Below, one piece after another: positions 58,762-64,000 of a stretch of DNA of 64,000 nucleotides (within the stretch, counting starts at the first letter, position 1; the number at the start of each line of letters is the position of its first letter). The stretch is taken from NCBI GenBank assembly GCA_964270895.1, contig OZ185435.1, one strand, 5' to 3'. Source of the DNA: Podarcis filfolensis (lineage: Eukaryota). The position numbers were made by a program, and so were the translations under genes. The notes under the pieces were generated by a model. The model was not told the DNA's origin. It saw nothing but the letters and a program-made list of their open reading frames with translations, and did no database searches.

Positions 58762-59524
58762 CAGGGGGCATTCTTAGTCCTACCTGGGAAAGCGTATTCT
58801 CCTTCTCGGAGAGCACGTGTTGTGGTGGGGGCCACCAGGACACTCCAAAGTTGGGGCGGGCTAATTGACCGTTGGTCACTGATGCGATTGGGGCTTCCCT
58901 TGTTGTTGGGAAGAAGTTAATATTGCCATTTGTTGATTGACAGCTAGAAATGCTAAAACTTCTTGCACGAGGCTAGGGCTTCCTCTTTTCGCCCGTGCAT
59001 CGGATTGCTTGTCCCTCCCTCCCTAGAATAGGGTTGTTTGCTTTGACCTTGCTGTGCCTGTCATGGGGTCGTCTGCTTTGGAGCAGTGGTCTGGTAGGAA
59101 TTTTGTCCATCTGGCTGATTGGCTGGGGCCATTTGGCTTTTGCCTACTGCGTAGCAAATTGTCACAACTTGTAAGGTTCATGGTTAGGCATTGGTTTATG
59201 GTTTGGTTGGTTGAGGGGCATGGATTGGCTGTGCCTGCCCCTCTAATGCTGCTGCTGCAAGGGATTCTGTTAAAGGAATTGGGGGCTAACTATTGCTTGT
59301 CCACTCTGTCAAGGGGGCTCGGGCCACTGCAAGAGCTCCTGGCTGCATTTGGGGAGGGCTGAGGGCAGGTTCCCTGCTCCGACACTACCCCCAAGTGTAT
59401 TCCCCTATTCTGACTTTCGCATCGTGCGGAATGTCAGTCTGTCCCCCATGATGGGGGCAGATAGTCGCAACCAATGCCTAAGCAACCACTCACAAATTTG
59501 TATTTTAATGAAGTTGTGGCCAAA
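58762..59524. mobile_element. Unclassified ~760-bp GC-enriched insertion
   Basis: Flanked by the direct repeat ATAATGCCAAA (58751-58761, 59525-59535); composition differs from the AT-rich intron. Confidence 0.45.
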
Positions 59525-60333
59525 ATAATGCCAAAAATCTTAAACAAAAATTCTGTGTGATGTGTGAGTTATTGGGGTGGCCCTGGGGACCTCGACACGC
59601 AATGCCAGGGATTGAAACTGGAACCTTCTACATTCAAAGCATGTTTTACCACAAAGCCACAGTCCTTCCTCAGATGGGGTCACTGGTGCTGGGAGCGGAG
59701 AGTAATTCAAAAGCAAAGATTCAAAGTTATTTAAGGGAAGGTCATGGAGGAGAAATTTCCCATCTCCTTTATGGTTAAGATATATTGCTCGGCACATGGA
59801 GAGGGGTGGTTGGCAATGGAAGAACATGGGGACACTATCGGATGCTAAACATTTTCTTCCTGATCTCACTATTCAGTAGAGCATAGGTCAATGCTATCAG
59901 ATGTTCTGTATGTATTTTTGTAATCTATTTTACCCCCAAACTATATGCTGTTGTATTCTCTGGTTATTTACTCCCTGGGAACTGTGGTGTCACAGGGTTT
60001 TGGCACACAACTAGCTTGCTGAATTGACATTTTATTCAGCTTGGAGAAGCCTGGGTGGAAATGAAATATATTCCTGAGAGTTTTGCTAGGACTAAAGACA
60101 CTGCCTAGCGTGGACAAGCTCAGTGTTTCTGGGATATTCTCTAATTCAGCTACAGCTATTTCTACTTGCAACATGAGCTGCACCACGCACATCTCACAAC
60201 AAAGGAGAGCAAAATGAACTGAAAGCAAAAACCAAATAAATAACCAAGCAAACAAAAGCCAAATCCAAACCAAGAGCATTAAAAAATAATAATAATCCTT
60301 TCTTTGTAATGCGCTTGTAAACTGGGATGTTAC

Positions 60334-60657
60334 CTTTAGCTGGAGGAGGCGGAGGAGGTACTTCTTCCTCTTCCTCATACTCAGGAACTTCTTCATAATG
60401 AGGAACTTCCTCCTCTTCATACTGAGGTACTTCCTCCTCATATTGTGTGACTTCTTCCTCATATCGGGTTACTTCCTCCTCATAATGAGAGACTTCTTTC
60501 TCATATTGTGTGACTTCCTCCTCATATTGTGTGACTTCCTCTTCATATTGTGTGACTTCTTCCTCTTCATATTGGGGAGCCTCTTCCTCCTCTTCATATT
60601 GGGGAACTTCCACATGAACCACTTCCTTTCGAGTAACGGTCTTACGGACTTCAGGCA
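60334..60657 (-). CDS. TTN: Titin polyE-type PEVK exon with 21-nt coding minisatellite
   Basis: VPEVRKTVTRKE...(EEEVTQY)n...PPPPPAK; 324 nt. Confidence 0.93.
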
Positions 60658-60833
60658 CTTAAAAAATACGAATTTTCAAGAGTCTTAGCTAACATATAAT
60701 TAACGCATACTAAGAACCAAATTTCACTGCAATGAAAGAATCAAGCTAGGACAAGAACACTCAGATATACAGCAGCAGACAGTATACACTTATGGCACAC
60801 AAAGAGCACACATTGGCACAATATTAAATGTAC

Positions 60834-60917
60834 CTTTAGCTGGAGGTTTCTTCACTTTAGCGGCAATTGATATGGGCATTTTCTGTTTTGTGGGAATTCT
60901 CTCAGGTTCTTCGGGAA
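60834..60917 (-). CDS. TTN: Titin PEVK exon
   Basis: VPEEPERIPTKQKMPISIAAKVKKPPAK; 84 nt. Confidence 0.92.
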
Positions 60918-62044
60918 CTTTAAAGACACAGTATATTTATGTTTCAGAGCTTTGATGGTAAAGGTACAGAAGGCCATAAAGAGCAGTAGGAAATTTGACA
61001 GAAACAAACATTTATGTTGCCAGACAAATGAACAAACATTTGGACAAGATGTGGCTAACGCATAGTTGCAGGTATAGTCTTTATACATCCGTCTTCTTAC
61101 TGGTGTAGTGCATATACACCATTTTGTTGTTAGGATCAGTGGAGTCTATATGTCTATCATATTGGAAAGCTGCCCATTTCTTCAGGTGCTATTACTTAGA
61201 AATACTCTAGACAGTAATCTACAGTAATTTTTCAAGATAATACATAGGGACTTTCATTGCAAGCTGCTATGTCTGGTAAATCAAAGGGATGGAAGTCATT
61301 GAAAGTCTGGTTACATTAAGTGGGTATTATGCCAAGTCTCTGTTTAGGTTACTGACATTTTGAAGAAATTTCTACATTCTAGAAGAGATTATGTGGGAAG
61401 ATTTAAGCCTTCAGCTTTATGGGATGGGACAACTGTAGCAGTCATCCAAGCCAAAAATGAACAAACAAACCAATAATTTATGCAAGCTGTGAAATTTACT
61501 CTGTTGGAGGGTGTGGGGAGCCAAACAACCAAATGTTATCTGTGGTTTAGGCCAACAAACTGCTTCTTTTTTGCCTCACCATGAATGAAATTGAACACCC
61601 ACAGCAATTCTTACACGAATACTATCCTGCACCACTGCTTTATATCAGCGAACTTCTTTAGTGAATTAGCATTCACACTGGTTTAGTTCTAGAACTAATA
61701 ATTCTGCTAATGTAAGAAAAAGACAGATTGGGTTGTTTCCAAAGATGCACCTCCACCAATGGGAGGTGTTTTTTTTTTTTTGAGAAAGTGGAGGCTTCTG
61801 TCATCAGAACAGGGAAGGAAACATCAGTTTACACCAAATTGCCATCCCCTCTGCATCTTCCATGCCACCTCCCACAGAGCACATTTGTGGTGCAGAGGCA
61901 TGGGAGCTGCAAGAACAAGAGGGATTTGGCAAAAATCACTTTCCTCACCGTTTGGCTGATGGAAGCCTCTAATGGATCAGTAGAACACCTTTGGATACAC
62001 CTCATTTTAATATAAAAGTGAAAACTGAGGTGATACCCACATGC

Positions 62045-62134
62045 CATAGCTGTCAACGTTTCCCTTTTTTAAAGGGGAATTCCCTTATTCCGAATAGGAT
62101 TCCTCGCAAGAATAGGGAAAAGTTGACAACTATG
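62045..62134. mobile_element. 90-bp hAT-type MITE
   Basis: TIR CATAG(C/T)TGTCAAC; perfect TSD CCACATGC at 62037-62044 and 62135-62142. Confidence 0.9.
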
Positions 62135-62684
62135 CCACATGCTTCCCAAAGGCATCTCATGAAAAACTGTGAAAACAGGATGTTGGACTAGATGGGTCAT
62201 TGGCCTGATCTAGTAGGTTCATTTTACGTTCTCACCCTGCCCATTAATCTATACGGTGAATTGGTTAGGATTCCTGTTCCCCTACCCTGGTTGAGTTCAT
62301 ACCTGTATATGAAACTTCCTCCTCTGTGTGAAGAGAAACAGACATTTCTTCCGAATACCCCCAGTGCTCTTCCACAACTATTATTAAAGACAGAGTATTG
62401 AACTTTAGCATTTCTTATGGGAAACACTATTTGGGAATTTCGATAAGATTGATTAAGCAGTTACAAAACAAATGTAACTTTTATGGCAAGCCTTCTAGGT
62501 TTAAATAAAATAAAGTAAATAAATTGGGGGAGGGGAGTGCCCAAAGCAATATCCTCTCAAATGTATTTGGGGCAGAAAAAAGTATTTCCTTAATAACTTA
62601 GGGTTGGATATGGGAATTAATAGGCAGGTTGTTAGCACATTAACTACTTGTACTTTGATTTAGTTTACTTCAAAGCTTGTATAC

Positions 62685-62768
62685 CTTTTTCTGGAGGGGC
62701 TGCTTTCCTTTTGGGGACAGCAATAGATATTTTTTCTTCTGAGACAACTGTCTTTGGAACTTCTGGCA
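62685..62768 (-). CDS. TTN: Titin PEVK exon
   Basis: VPEVPKTVVSEEKISIAVPKRKAAPPEK; 84 nt. Confidence 0.93.
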
Positions 62769-63583
62769 CTTGAAAGATAGGAAATGTAAGAAAACCACGT
62801 TGTGAATTTAAAACCCTCTCTCTGAATTGTTGCTGTTGGTGGTCTTGTAAGAGGATTACAAAGAAAACTTCATAGACATTTGATATCTCAAGATTTTCTA
62901 ATACAGGAGACCAACATGACAACATAATATTAAGCAGACATACATTTAGCAAAAACTTGACTATACACTTAGATAATTAACCGGCCTGCTTTTGGTTTAT
63001 GGAATTTGCTCTTTTTCAAGAACAGAAATAGTTATTTCTTATCCAAAGGCATCATAATGTAAAATATTCACTGCAGATTTTTAAACAGAAATAATATTTA
63101 TGAAATCATTTATTTTCTTTTTTTAAAAAAATAAAGGTCCGAAAGAGTGTACACTGCAGAAAACTTTCAAGAAGGACATTAAGATTCAGGACAGCTTTTA
63201 ACAGTGACAGAGAAATGTCTCACAAAACAAGAATGCCATAAGAGGTCTAAAGCACATGGCAGTTTTGCCCACATAAAAATAATATTGCAAAAGACCTTAC
63301 AAACTACACAGTCAACACAATGAAGTGCTGCAGATCAGCAAAGGCCAGCTGCTCGAAGTTGTGCAGGCAAAGTGCCTACAGGAATTCATTAACACCAGCG
63401 TTTCAAGCATCCCAGTTTAACCATAATATTCTGCATTTATTTTGACACAGAGCAGAACATTTCTGTGAAATTTAGCCAAGTTTACTTTTTCCTTATCAGA
63501 AGCAGCTGGTTCACAACTCCAGCAGGTGCCTGTTTCTGACCTATTCAAAAGCCCTCTTGCAGAGTCAGAGAAAGCAGGTGTAC

Positions 63584-63667
63584 CTTTAGCTGGTGGAGCC
63601 ACTGCTTTCTTGGGAACTGGAACGGGGACTTTCTCCTCCGGCACAGCTTTCTTTGGCACAGCTGGCA
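63584..63667 (-). CDS. TTN: Titin PEVK exon
   Basis: VPAVPKKAVPEEKVPVPVPKKAVAPPAK; 84 nt. Confidence 0.93.
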
Positions 63668-64000
63668 CTTGAAAGATATTATTAATTTTCAGGTGACTTA
63701 AATCACGTACATGTGACACATATAAACCAGGTAACGAAACGATTCAAAGTACCGAGATCTTGACATTGTACATAAAACAAGAAAAGGTAACGCAGACTAT
63801 TTAACATAATTCGATCACTAGGGCAAAAGAAGGGATGCAAAGAGTTACCTTTGGCATACCTAAAGAAACAGGCATGCTAAAAACATTTTTTTTTGTTTGA
63901 ACAATAAATTCTTTCTCCCCCTGCTATATTCCTCTCCTATGCTATATCACAACTAGCCTTTGAAAGCTCATTCGGTTTCAAAAGTGGTTTGTTCTGCATC

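Larger units (their letters stand above)
215..63667 (-). other. TTN: Titin gene, internal portion (PEVK, distal tandem Ig, I/A junction); continues beyond both window ends
   Basis: About 90 exons with AG/GT(GC) boundaries join in one reading frame; peptides match recalled vertebrate titin (e.g. RRKLRPGSGGEKPPDE, PLYGVEVFVGETA, DVPGPVRNLEVTETFDGEVSLAW). Confidence 0.99.

Noticed and set aside
27065-63667. Regularly recurring near-identical short sequences (GCACTTTAAAG ... TACCTTTAGC) resembling a CRISPR-like array
   Set aside because: They are splice-bounded PEVK exons separated by introns of variable length (about 0.1-2 kb) in a vertebrate gene; there are no cas genes or fixed spacers.
63849-63859. 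11-nt micro-exon candidate (tttag|GTATGCCAAAG|gtaact)
   Set aside because: The length shifts the frame, and the alternative upstream acceptor (28 nt) is also out of phase and hits a stop.

Overview
Eukaryotic (squamate, probably lacertid lizard judging by the Sauria SINEs) genomic DNA lying entirely inside the giant muscle gene titin (TTN), transcribed on the minus strand (64000 toward 1). I traced about 90 exons by splice sites and reading frame. From 63667 down to 27065 there are 50 PEVK exons plus 1 candidate; all are phase 1-1 and a multiple of 3 nt, and they include two giant exons (1395/1455 nt and 1806 nt) and two Tyr/Glu-rich exons. From 25955 to 7505 lie the distal tandem Ig domains (about I84-I105, including the I91/'I27' orthologue), and from 7316 to 215 the Ig/Fn3 domains of the I/A junction. 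Domain and exon numbers are inferred from recalled human titin sequence. Introns hold Sauria and other tRNA-derived SINEs, L2 fragments, hAT- and Tc1/mariner(Tigger)-type MITEs, microsatellites and a 140-N assembly gap. There are no prokaryotic features or CRISPR arrays. Best leads: a candidate lizard Cronos internal promoter with a neighbouring TEAD/NKX2-5/MEF2/GATA cluster; a recurrent ACUAAUAUCUUUAAAG 3' splice-site code on PEVK exons; giant internally repeated PEVK exons; and an in-frame stop behind the ancestral acceptor of one giant exon.
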